NCBI GenBank assembly: GCA_032128175.1
Contig: JAQBHC010000166.1
Span: 1 to 55,403, forward strand
Length of the DNA: 55,403 nt
From: Chloroflexota bacterium
GTDB taxonomy: Bacteria > Chloroflexota > Limnocylindria > Limnocylindrales > CSP1-4
Direction: 5' to 3'
This document shows, one piece after another, positions 20,227 through 29,287 of this stretch. The notes below the pieces were generated by a model. It did no database searches, was not told where the DNA came from, and was given only the letters and a program-made list of their open reading frames with translations. Made by a program: the position numbers and the translations under genes. How positions within the stretch are numbered: the stretch's first letter is position 1; the number at the start of each line of letters is the position of its first letter.

Positions 20227-22335
20227 TCATCCGGCGCGTCCGCGGAGGACGACGATCGACTGGCCGGCGACGTCGATCGTCGCCCCGGCCCGGATCCGTG
20301 GGCCGCGGGTCGGGAATGGTCGAGCAGCCGCGGTGTCGAGCGACAGCTGCCAAGCCTCCGCTCGCGTGCCGTTCGGGACCGTGAACCCGCGCTTCTCGCT
20401 CGACGGGTTGATCGCGAGAAAGAACGAATCGTCGACGATCGGCAGCCCGTCGACGTCGACCAGGCCGTCGCCGGAGATGAACACGCCGATGCCCTGATCG
20501 AGAGGGTCATGCCAGTGCTCGTCGCCCATCCGATCTCCGTCGGGTGCGAACCATTCGATCTCATGGGCCTCCTCGCCATGGATCGGGCGGTTCTGGAACC
20601 AGCGCCGCCGGCGGAACGCGGGGTGGTCCCGGCGGAACGCGATGAGATGGCGTACGAAGGCGAGCAGGTCGAGGTCGGCCCGCTCCCAGTCGAACCAGGA
20701 CACCTCGTTGTCCTGGGCGTAGCCGTTGTTGTTGCCGCCCTGCGTCCGGCCGATCTCATCGCCACCGAGGAGCATCGGCACACCCTGGGACAGGAAGAGG
20801 GTCGTGAGGAGGTTGCGTTGATGGCGGGACCGCTCGGCCAGGATCTCAGGGTCATCGGTCGGGCCTTCGGCGCCGTGATTCCAGGATCGGTTGTGGCTCT
20901 CGCCGTCGCGGTTGGCCTCGCCGTTGGCCTCATTGTGTTTCTCCTCGTACGCGACGAGGTCGGCCAGGGTGAACCCGTCATGGGCAGTCACGAAGTTGAC
21001 GCTGGCGTAGGGACGGCGACCGTTCGAGGCATACAGGTCCGAGCTTCCGGTCAGGCGGTAGCCGAAGTCTGCGAGGGGCTCGGGCGTGCCACGCCAGAAG
21101 TCCCGGATCGTGTCCCGGTAGCGCCCGTTCCACTCCGACCAGGTTGGCGGGAAGTTGCCGACCTGATATCCGCCTTCACCGACGTCCCAAGGCTCCGCGA
21201 TGAGCTTGACCTCGTTGATCATCGGATCCTGGTGAATGAGGTCAAAGAATGCTGATAACCGATCCACGTCGTGGAGCTCGCGCGCGAGGGCGGCCGCCAG
21301 GTCGAACCGGAAGCCGTCCACGTGCATTTCGCGGATCCAGTAGCGCAGGCTGTCCATGATCAGTTGGAGGCTGTGCGGGTGCCGCACATTGAGCGTGTTT
21401 CCGGTGCCCGTGTAGTCCATGTAGCGTCGCCGGTCGCCAGCGAGCAAACGGTAGTACGCAGCGTTGTCGATGCCCTTGAACGAGAGCATCGGTCCGAGAT
21501 GATCGCCTTCGGCCGTGTGGTTGTAGACCACATCGAGGATCACTTCGATCTTCGCGGCATGGAGGGCCTTGACCATCGACTTGAACTCCGCGACCTGCTT
21601 CGCACCACTTGCAACGCTCGCGTAGCCGTTGTGTGGGGCAAGGAATCCGAGCGTGTTGTAGCCCCAGTAATTCCGCAGGCCCTCCTCGACCAGCCGAGCG
21701 TCATGGACGAACTGATGGATCGGGAGCAACTCGACGGCCGTGACGCCGAGGGATTTCAGGTACTCGATGGCGACGGGATGGGCGAGGCCGGCGTAGGTGC
21801 CGCGTAACTGGGGCGGGAGTTCCGGATGGAGTTTGGTGAACCCCTTGACGTGAACCTCGTAGATGACGGTCCCATTCGGTGGGTGGCGCGGCAGACGATC
21901 GTCGCCCCAGTCGAAATCCGGGTCGACGACCACGGATCGCGGCATAAACGGCGCACTGTCGGACACTGACGCGGCACCGTCGGGATCGTCCATCTGGTAC
22001 GGAAAGACGGCCGGATCCCAGTTGACCTCGCCCTCAAAGGCCTTTGCGTACGGGTCCATCAGGAGCTTGGCCGGGTTGCACCGATGGCCGGCTTCGGGAT
22101 CCCACGGACCATGCACCCGGTAGCCGTAGCGCTGACCCGCGTTGATCTCCGGCAGGTAGGCGTGCCACACGAATCCCGTCGACTCGGGCATCGAGATGCG
22201 GGTTTCGAGCCCATCGCCGTCGAAGAGGCACAGCTCGACGTTCTCCGCGACCTCGGAAAACAGCGAGAAGTTGGTGCCCCAGCCGTCGTATGTCGCTCCA
22301 AGCGGGTAGGGAACGCCAGCCAAGACCGTCGTCAT
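20227..22335 (-). CDS. glgX: Glycogen debranching enzyme (isoamylase)
   Basis: PYPLGATYDG, NYWGYNT, DVVYNHTAEG, DGFRFDLA, IAEPWD, FVTAHDGF. Confidence 0.97.
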   Translation of the reverse strand: MTTVLAGVPYPLGATYDGWGTNFSLFSEVAENVELCLFDGDGLETRISMPESTGFVWHAYLPEINAGQRYGYRVHGPWDPEAGHRCNPAKLLMDPYAKAFEGEVNWDPAVFPYQMDDPDGAASVSDSAPFMPRSVVVDPDFDWGDDRLPRHPPNGTVIYEVHVKGFTKLHPELPPQLRGTYAGLAHPVAIEYLKSLGVTAVELLPIHQFVHDARLVEEGLRNYWGYNTLGFLAPHNGYASVASGAKQVAEFKSMVKALHAAKIEVILDVVYNHTAEGDHLGPMLSFKGIDNAAYYRLLAGDRRRYMDYTGTGNTLNVRHPHSLQLIMDSLRYWIREMHVDGFRFDLAAALARELHDVDRLSAFFDLIHQDPMINEVKLIAEPWDVGEGGYQVGNFPPTWSEWNGRYRDTIRDFWRGTPEPLADFGYRLTGSSDLYASNGRRPYASVNFVTAHDGFTLADLVAYEEKHNEANGEANRDGESHNRSWNHGAEGPTDDPEILAERSRHQRNLLTTLFLSQGVPMLLGGDEIGRTQGGNNNGYAQDNEVSWFDWERADLDLLAFVRHLIAFRRDHPAFRRRRWFQNRPIHGEEAHEIEWFAPDGDRMGDEHWHDPLDQGIGVFISGDGLVDVDGLPIVDDSFFLAINPSSEKRGFTVPNGTRAEAWQLSLDTAAARPFPTRGPRIRAGATIDVAGQSIVVLRGRAG

Positions 22336-22475
22336 TCGGGCCGACGGCTGCGTCGGGTTCGAATTCGGCAGGCAGCTACGCGGCGGATGGCGGACCGAGC
22401 GAGGGATGGGAGCTCCAAGGCGGCGGGCCGGTTCGGCTGGACGGGCGACGTCCGACTCGACGAGGGCCGCGGCTG

Positions 22476-22504
22476 ACCGTAGGCGAGCCCCGTTGGGCTG
22501 TCAA
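22476..22504 (-). promoter_or_regulatory. Putative sigma70-type promoter for glgX
   Basis: Minus strand TTGACA (22504-22499), 17 nt spacer, TACGGT (22481-22476). Confidence 0.55.
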
Positions 22505-22568
22505 ACGGCGTCGCGGCGGCCAACTTGTCACTCGGCCCCCCCTCGCGCGCCGCGTATGCTCTGCGCCG

Positions 22569-23282
22569 ATGTGCGAGCACTACGTCGCCCGAAGCGCGTC
22601 CCCCTTCCGGCTCGATGAGCTCTGGGCGTTCACGGAGCGCCTCGAGCGGTTCGGCCTTGCGGGCTACGGCTGGGGCGCGGCCTGGATCGACACCACAGGG
22701 GCACTCCAGAGCTACCGGGACGTGCGGGCATTCCGGGATGACCCAGGGTCAACAGCGGTCGGTCGAACGGAGACGACGGCTGTGCTCGTCCACCTGCGAC
22801 GCCCAACCCGGCTGTCCACGCTCGGGATGCCGGATACGCAGCCGTTCGACGATCCTCGCGGGCGGTACAGCTTCAGCCATAACGGAGATCTTCTGAACAT
22901 CAAGGGCCTCCGTGCGCGGTATCGGACGGAGGGTCGTGTCCATGGTCGGGCCGACTCCGAGGTCGGAGCGCGCTGGCTGGAAGACGAGTGGCACGATGAA
23001 GAGCCGGTTCCGCACCTGCTCGGAGCGCTGCACGACAGGTTCGGCGGCCAGGCGAATCTCGCCGTCCTCAGCGCGACCGGCGCAGCGCATCACTACGCCG
23101 GCAATCGCGAGAATCCGGTCTTCACGTTCCGGCTCGGGTCCATCGGGATCGCCGGAACCGGCATCTACTCGCTGGATCGATCGCTCTTCAAGTTCGTCGC
23201 CCACGGCGCCACGGACCGCCGAGTGGTCAAGATCCGCACGACGATTTCCCTCGATCCGGACGGCAGCCCGACAACCGCGTAA
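22569..23282 (+). CDS. Class II glutamine amidotransferase-like Ntn hydrolase (YafJ/EgtC-like)
   Basis: Start MCEHY gives an N-terminal Cys; GWG, HLR, TQPF, HNG, DSE motifs; TATGCT 8 nt before ATG 22569. Confidence 0.82.
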   Translation: MCEHYVARSASPFRLDELWAFTERLERFGLAGYGWGAAWIDTTGALQSYRDVRAFRDDPGSTAVGRTETTAVLVHLRRPTRLSTLGMPDTQPFDDPRGRYSFSHNGDLLNIKGLRARYRTEGRVHGRADSEVGARWLEDEWHDEEPVPHLLGALHDRFGGQANLAVLSATGAAHHYAGNRENPVFTFRLGSIGIAGTGIYSLDRSLFKFVAHGATDRRVVKIRTTISLDPDGSPTTA

Positions 23283-23344
23283 CAGCGACGGATCTCCGGC
23301 GTCTATCGACCGGGCAAATATCGATGGGAGAGGAGACAGGGGAC

Positions 23345-24652
23345 GTGGAAGCAGCACACGTCGCGACCGGCGCCGACGATTCTGACCGGCCGAGTGCCGA
23401 TCTTCCCCCCGCGCAACTGGTACGCCTGTCCCTCTACTGGCTTGGGCTCTCCAGCATCTTCACCGGTCTCACGGCGATCCTGTCGGGGCGCATTCAATTC
23501 GACGGGCTCGGGGCGCGCGGGTCTGAGGGCACCACGCTCTTCGCGCTGAACTTCGCCGGCGCACTGATCGCCGCACTTGTTCAGCCGACCGTCGGCTCCA
23601 TTTCCGACTACACGATCACCCGCTGGGGCCGCCGCAAGCCCTACATCTTCATCGGGTCGGTGCTCGACGTGGTGTTCCTGTTCGGGATCGCGACCTCGAA
23701 CACGATCGTCTCGATCGCGGCGTTCATGGTCCTGCTCCAGGTCAGCGCCAACTTCGCGCAGGGCCCGTTCCAGGGCTACGTACCGGATCTCGTCCCGAAG
23801 CGCCAGGTCGGGACGGCCTCTGCGCTCGTCGGCCTGTTCCAGGTCCTGGGCAATGTGGCCGGGTTCGGAATCGGATCGTGGGCCGTTGCAACCGGCGATT
23901 TCTTCACCGGAACCATGGCGCTCGGGGCACTGGAACTCGTGACCATGGTGTCCGTTGTCTGGCGCGTTGCCGAGGGACGAACGGCACGGGCCAGAGACGG
24001 CAAGTCCTGGCCGACCATCGCCCGGGAGGCCTGGGGTACGGACATCCTGCGGGAGCGGTCCTTCATGTGGCTGGTCGGTTCGCGCTGGTTCGTCCTGATG
24101 GGCGCCAACATGCTCGTCAACTTCGCGACCTTCTATCTGGCGCAGACCTTTGCCCTGAGTCAGGCGGAGACCGGGGGGACGAACATCCTCCTGCTCGGTG
24201 CAACGGTGCTCGGAAATGTCGTCGCCGTCGTTCCCGCCGGCCGCCTGTCTGATCGAATCGGACGGAAGCCGGTCATCTACGCGGCGTGTGCCGTGGGCGC
24301 GGCCGGGATGGCCATCGCGGCCGCCGCGCCCGTCGTGCTCGTCGCGGCCGCGGGGGCTGCGTTATTTGGAGCGGGCGTCGGCATGTTCCTCGCCGTCGAT
24401 TGGGCCCTCATGACGGACATCATCCCGAAGGCATCTTCCGGCCGGTACATGGGGATCAGCAACGTTGCGACGGCCACCTCAGGCATCTTCGCCGTCATGA
24501 GCGGCGGTCTCCTGATGGATGCGGTGAACCGTTCATTGGGCTACGGCCTCGGCCCACGCATGGCCTTCGGGCTCGCAGTGATCTACTTCGCAGTCGGCGG
24601 GCTGTTGCTCCGTCCAGTGGTCGAGCCGCCGCGGGGAACCACCGCCGCGTGA
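23345..24652 (+). CDS. MFS transporter (sucrose/maltose permease-like)
   Basis: QPTVGSISDY..RWGRRKPYI, GRLSDRIGRK, about 12 TM; GTG 23345 after GAGGAG, alternative ATG 23324. Confidence 0.9.
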   Translation: MEAAHVATGADDSDRPSADLPPAQLVRLSLYWLGLSSIFTGLTAILSGRIQFDGLGARGSEGTTLFALNFAGALIAALVQPTVGSISDYTITRWGRRKPYIFIGSVLDVVFLFGIATSNTIVSIAAFMVLLQVSANFAQGPFQGYVPDLVPKRQVGTASALVGLFQVLGNVAGFGIGSWAVATGDFFTGTMALGALELVTMVSVVWRVAEGRTARARDGKSWPTIAREAWGTDILRERSFMWLVGSRWFVLMGANMLVNFATFYLAQTFALSQAETGGTNILLLGATVLGNVVAVVPAGRLSDRIGRKPVIYAACAVGAAGMAIAAAAPVVLVAAAGAALFGAGVGMFLAVDWALMTDIIPKASSGRYMGISNVATATSGIFAVMSGGLLMDAVNRSLGYGLGPRMAFGLAVIYFAVGGLLLRPVVEPPRGTTAA

Positions 24653-24790
24653 CGCCGACGCAAGGCGGCCGTTACCCGTGAGCGGGCGACAAGAAGCACC
24701 TTGTAAGCGCTCTGGGGCAGGCCTAGTGTTAGCGATCTGAGGGCGGCGGCCGAAGTGGACGGTCGCCTCGCTTCCGTGGGAGGGTCCCCG

Positions 24791-25252
24791 ATGAGTATTT
24801 CGACCATGGCGCGCCTCGCCGAGGGCGACTCAGCCGAGCCTGATTCCACGCTCCAGAGCGCGATCCGCCTGATCGCCGGCTACATCCCGGCCGAGGCCAT
24901 CGCCACCTACATCATCGTGCTCGGTCTGCTTTCTCCGGGCTCGGATGCGTCGTCGGACCAGGTCCAGGCCATCCGGGTCGTCTGCTTCGTGATCGGGCTC
25001 ACGGTCGCCGTCGGCCTCGCGTTCGTCACCTTCAAGGGCGGCACGCTGACCAAGCGCGAGCAAAAGCGACGCGAGTGGATCGTCGCCGGACTCGCGGCCG
25101 TCAGTTTCGCCATCTATGCGGCCGCGATGCCCTCCTTCTTCTTCCAGGTGACGATCCTGACGATCCCCTGGGGGCAGTGGGCCGCCGTCCTGGCCATCAT
25201 CACCGCGCTCGTCCTTCCGACGATCGCCAAGGCGCTCCGCGTTCGCAAGTAG
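24791..25252 (+). CDS. Hypothetical membrane protein (about 4 TM, YIPAE motif)
   Basis: GGGAGG before ATG 24791; four hydrophobic segments; GC-rich third codon positions. Confidence 0.7.
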   Translation: MSISTMARLAEGDSAEPDSTLQSAIRLIAGYIPAEAIATYIIVLGLLSPGSDASSDQVQAIRVVCFVIGLTVAVGLAFVTFKGGTLTKREQKRREWIVAGLAAVSFAIYAAAMPSFFFQVTILTIPWGQWAAVLAIITALVLPTIAKALRVRK

Positions 25253-25334
25253 CCGCCCCATCGCGGGACGCGGGCGCGGGTTCGGGGCGAGCGCTTCGGC
25301 GTCACCGCGCCCGCCGGTATACTCGCCCGCAACC

Positions 25335-26174
25335 ATGAGCGACGGCACGGTCATGATCATTGGCGGGGCTGAGGACAAGATCCGGGATCGGATCATCCTC
25401 AGTCGTTTCGTCGCCCTCGCCGGCGGCGAGGATGCGGTCGTCGTCATCGTCTCAACGGCCTCGTCGCTCGGGACCGAGGCTGGTGAGCGGTACCGGCAGA
25501 TCTTCTCCGAGCTCGGCGTTCAGACGATCCGACCCGTGCACGCCATGACCCGGGCCCAGGCGAACGACGAGGCGTTTGCCCGCCTGCTGCGTGGCGCGAC
25601 AGGGATCTACCTGACCGGCGGCAATCAGCTCCGTCTGTCGTCCACGATCGGCGGTACCCGCCTCGCCGAGGCGATCCTCGATCGGTTCCGGGACGGTGCC
25701 GTCGTGGCCGGTACCTCCGCAGGCGCGTCGGCCATGTCGAGCCACATGATCGCGTTTGGCGCGTCGGGGGCCACCCCGAAACACCGCATGGCCGCGATCG
25801 CGGCCGGACTGGGCGTGTTGCCCGGGGTCATCGTGGATCAGCACTTCCAGCAGAGGAACCGCCTCGGCCGCCTGCTCAGCCTGATCGCCCAGAATCCCAG
25901 CCTGCTCGGGATCGGGGTGGATGAGGACACGGCCGGTGTCGTCGGTCCGGACCACGTGCTCGAAGTGATCGGTCGCGGCAGCATCACGATCGTCGACGGA
26001 GCCGCCGCCGAGACCGACGCCTGGGAGGTTCGCGGACACCGCCCGGTCATGCTGAGTGGCGTCGTCCTCCACTCGCTGCCTGCGGGCTATCGCTTCGACC
26101 TTGCGCGACGGGACCGCATCACCACACCGAGCCTGAAGGCGCTGCCGGGCGGCGAGGCCATCGCGTCCAGCTAG
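25335..26174 (+). CDS. cphB: Cyanophycinase (peptidase S51)
   Basis: IIGGAEDK, TGGNQLRL, GTSAGA (Ser), DQHF..RNRLGRL (His), GVDEDT (Glu); directly upstream of cphA. Confidence 0.95.
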   Translation: MSDGTVMIIGGAEDKIRDRIILSRFVALAGGEDAVVVIVSTASSLGTEAGERYRQIFSELGVQTIRPVHAMTRAQANDEAFARLLRGATGIYLTGGNQLRLSSTIGGTRLAEAILDRFRDGAVVAGTSAGASAMSSHMIAFGASGATPKHRMAAIAAGLGVLPGVIVDQHFQQRNRLGRLLSLIAQNPSLLGIGVDEDTAGVVGPDHVLEVIGRGSITIVDGAAAETDAWEVRGHRPVMLSGVVLHSLPAGYRFDLARRDRITTPSLKALPGGEAIASS

Positions 26175-26213
26175 GATCGAACTGCCGCCGGGTCCGCCGG
26201 CGCAAGAGTGAGG

Positions 26214-29048
26214 ATGACGAGCGTGCCCAAGGCCACCGGAGCGACAACCCAAGCGAAGCGAGCCAAGAGCGCCAAGAGCGCCAAGAGCGCCAAGAGAGCC
26301 CCAGAGGGTCGCCCGCTGCCCGATCTCCGAATCCTCGAGACGAGGATCCTCCGTGGTCCGAACTTCTGGTCGCGTTCGCCGGTCGTGCGAATGCTCGTCG
26401 ATCTCGGCTCCCTCGAGCAGTTCCCCAGCAACACGATCCCAGGTTTTGTGGACGGGTTGGTGGCCTGGATCCCCTCGCTCGAGGATCACGCGTGCTCACT
26501 GAACCGCCGCGGCGGATTCCTGACCCGGCTTCGCGACGGTACCTGGGCGGGGCACGTCGCCGAGCACATCTCGCTGGAGCTTCAGAACCTCGCCGGCACG
26601 GACGTCCGCCACGGCAAGACCCGCGGCGCGGGCACGGACGGCCAGTACAACGTGATCTACGAATTCCGGGAGGAGTCCGTCGGGATCGAGGCGGGCAAGC
26701 TTGCCGTCCGGATCGTCAACTACCTGGTCGATCACGCCGCCGATCCCGATTTCGATTACCTCACCGAACTCGAGCGGCTCATTCGGCTGGCCGAGCGACA
26801 GGCATTCGGGCCGTCGACACAGGCGATCCTCGACGAAGCCGCCTCGCGGGACATCCCGTACATCCGGCTCGATCGGCACTCGCTGGTGCAGCTGGGCCAG
26901 GGCGTCCACCAGCAACGCATCCGGGCGACGATGACCTCGCGCACATCGGGGATCGCGGTCGACGTGGCGAGCGACAAGCACCTGACCAACCGCCTGCTCG
27001 ATTCAGCCGGGCTGCCGGTTCCCAAGGCCGATCTCGTCGAGGACGTCGAGGCTGCCATCACAGCCGCCCGTCGAGTCGGATTCCCGTGCGTGCTGAAACC
27101 GCTCGACGGCAATCATGGCCGAGGCGTGCATCTCGATCTCCAGAACGACGAGGACGTCCGCGCTGCCTTCGGGCCGGCACTCCGTGAATCTCGGTCGGGG
27201 GAGGTCGTCGTCGAGAGCTACATCCACGGCAACGACTATCGCTGCCTGGTGATCGGGGGGCGGGTTGCCGCGATTGCGGAGCGCGTCCCGGCGTCCGTGG
27301 TGGGGGACGGCGTGACCTCGGTTCGCGGGCTGGTCGAGCGAACCAATGCCGACCCGCGGCGCGGCATCGGGCACGAAAAGGTACTGACGAAGATCAAGAT
27401 CGACGACGCGGCCGAGGGGCTCGTCCGCGACCAGGGCTTCCAACTCGACGCGATTCCGCCTGCCGGTACGCGAGTCAAGCTTGCCCTGACCGGCAACATG
27501 TCCACCGGCGGGACGTCGATCGATCGGACGCTCGAGGCGCATCCCGACAACGTCGAGATCGCCGAGATGGCAGCTCGGGTCGTGGGGCTGGACGTCGCCG
27601 GGATCGATTTCATCTGCCCGGACATCACGGTTCCGGTGCGAGAAACCGGTGGCGCCATCGTCGAGGTCAACGCTGCGCCCGGGTTCCGCATGCACACCCA
27701 CCCGACGGAAGGAGAGCCCCAGTATGTGGCCCGGCCGGTCATCGACCTGCTTTTCCCGCCCGGAGCCCCGGCCAGGATCCCGATCATCGGCGTGACCGGC
27801 ACGAACGGGAAGACGACGACTGTCCGGATGATTTCCCACATCCTGAAGCTGATGGGCCGGCGTGTCGGGATGACGTCGACCGACGGCATCGTGGTGGACG
27901 GGCGGATGATCAAGCGGGGCGACATGTCGGGCCCGAAATCGGCCCGCATGATCCTCCAGAACCCGACGGTCGACACCGCGGTGTTCGAAGTCGCCCGGGG
28001 CGGAATCCTGCGCGAGGGCCTCGGCTACGACCGCAACGACGTTGCCGTGGTCACCAACGTGACCGGCGATCATCTGGGACTTGGCGGAATCGATACCGTG
28101 CGCCAGCTAGCCGACGTGAAGGCCGTGCTGGTGGAGTCCGTGCCCCGCTCCGGCACGGCCGTGCTCAACGCTGACGACGTCAACGTCGCCCGGATGGGCC
28201 AGCAATGTGACGGGGCGGTCATCTACTTCTCGATGCAGACCGAGAAGGGAGAGGCCGGATTTGATCGCGTGGACGGCCACTGCGGCCGCGGCGGCGCGGC
28301 ATTCGCGATTCGACATACGCCCGAAGGCGATCAGATCGTGCTGCGCCACGGGCCCCGCACGATGCCCGTGCTGTACACACACCTGATCCCGGCGACCTTT
28401 GGCGGCCGCGCCCGCATGAACGTGGCCAATGCGCTGGCGGCGGCGGCAGCGGCGTGGGCCTCGGGGGCGCACCTGCACGACATTCGCCAGGGCCTCAGGA
28501 CCTTCACCACGTCGTTCTTTCAGGCCCCCGGTCGTCTCAATCTGGTCGAGGTCGGTGGCGTTCGCGTCGTGATCGACTATTGCCACAACGTCGATGGCAT
28601 GCGCCACCTGGCTGATTTCGTGAACCGGATGATGACCGACAACGGCGTCCGTTCCGGCCGGGCCATCGGCGTCATCGGGGTCCCGGGCGATCGTCGTGAC
28701 GAGGACATGCGCGACTACGGGGCTCTGGCTGCCACGGCATTCGACGAGATCATCGTCCGCGAGGACCGCAACCTGCGGGGCCGTGCAGCGGCCGAAACCG
28801 CCGCCCACGTGATCGAAGGAATCGCGCGCGCGCAGCGGGCAGGTGCCCGGACTGGCCAGGCCGAGGAGATCCTTGACGAGCTGACCGCCGTGCGGGTCGC
28901 CCTCGGACGGGCCACGTCGGGGGATCTCCTCGTGATGTGCGTGGATGACGCCATCAGCGTGTATCGGGAAACGATGGAGACGGCCGGACACGGCCAGGGA
29001 ACCACCGCGTTCGCCGATCCCGGCGAAATGGAGGCGCCGGAGGGCTGA
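26214..29048 (+). CDS. cphA: Cyanophycin synthetase CphA1 (N, ATP-grasp and Mur-ligase domains)
   Basis: RGPNFW, C-x19-HVAEH, KPLDGNHGRGV, EVNAAPGFRMH, GTNGKTT, EVARGG, PGRLN, DYCHN; start 26208 or 26214. Confidence 0.97.
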   Translation: MTSVPKATGATTQAKRAKSAKSAKSAKRAPEGRPLPDLRILETRILRGPNFWSRSPVVRMLVDLGSLEQFPSNTIPGFVDGLVAWIPSLEDHACSLNRRGGFLTRLRDGTWAGHVAEHISLELQNLAGTDVRHGKTRGAGTDGQYNVIYEFREESVGIEAGKLAVRIVNYLVDHAADPDFDYLTELERLIRLAERQAFGPSTQAILDEAASRDIPYIRLDRHSLVQLGQGVHQQRIRATMTSRTSGIAVDVASDKHLTNRLLDSAGLPVPKADLVEDVEAAITAARRVGFPCVLKPLDGNHGRGVHLDLQNDEDVRAAFGPALRESRSGEVVVESYIHGNDYRCLVIGGRVAAIAERVPASVVGDGVTSVRGLVERTNADPRRGIGHEKVLTKIKIDDAAEGLVRDQGFQLDAIPPAGTRVKLALTGNMSTGGTSIDRTLEAHPDNVEIAEMAARVVGLDVAGIDFICPDITVPVRETGGAIVEVNAAPGFRMHTHPTEGEPQYVARPVIDLLFPPGAPARIPIIGVTGTNGKTTTVRMISHILKLMGRRVGMTSTDGIVVDGRMIKRGDMSGPKSARMILQNPTVDTAVFEVARGGILREGLGYDRNDVAVVTNVTGDHLGLGGIDTVRQLADVKAVLVESVPRSGTAVLNADDVNVARMGQQCDGAVIYFSMQTEKGEAGFDRVDGHCGRGGAAFAIRHTPEGDQIVLRHGPRTMPVLYTHLIPATFGGRARMNVANALAAAAAAWASGAHLHDIRQGLRTFTTSFFQAPGRLNLVEVGGVRVVIDYCHNVDGMRHLADFVNRMMTDNGVRSGRAIGVIGVPGDRRDEDMRDYGALAATAFDEIIVREDRNLRGRAAAETAAHVIEGIARAQRAGARTGQAEEILDELTAVRVALGRATSGDLLVMCVDDAISVYRETMETAGHGQGTTAFADPGEMEAPEG
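26262..26296 (+). repeat. In-frame 9-bp tandem repeat GCCAAGAGC, about 3.9 copies, encoding AKSAKSAKSAK
   Basis: Three perfect copies plus one 8/9 copy in the cphA 5' end. Confidence 0.9.
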
Positions 29049-29088
29049 AGCCCGCGCTACGTGGGCCGCGTGTCGCCGCCGCTTAGTC

Positions 29089-29187
29089 CTAGCGGCTGAG
29101 GTTCAGGTTCGCGCTGACGGCCCGAACGATGATCCAGATCTCGGCCAGCGAGATCACCACGAGCGCGATACCGATCGCCATTTCCAC
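29089..29187 (-). CDS. Small single-TM peptide, 32 aa (MEMAIGIALVVISLAEIWIIVRAVSANLNLSR)
   Basis: GGAGGAG 7 nt before GTG 29187, hydrophobic core, TAG stop; too short for the ORF track. Confidence 0.6.
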   Translation of the reverse strand: MEMAIGIALVVISLAEIWIIVRAVSANLNLSR

Positions 29188-29287
29188 GGGGCAACTCCTC
29201 CATCCCTTGGATCGCCGGTCTTTCGGCGTTGCCGCAATCATGGCCGTCACGAGACCGCGCCGTCACGCGTTTCCGCACGCTCCCGGG

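Noticed and set aside
22494-22504. TTGACAGCCCA shared by the glgX and NCS2 promoters, and GCCATCC in several leaders
   Set aside because: Six bases are just the -35 consensus; the rest is plausible by chance at this GC content.
22332-22580. 82-aa ORF upstream of glgX
   Set aside because: Spans two promoters, overlaps the GATase start and has low-complexity composition.
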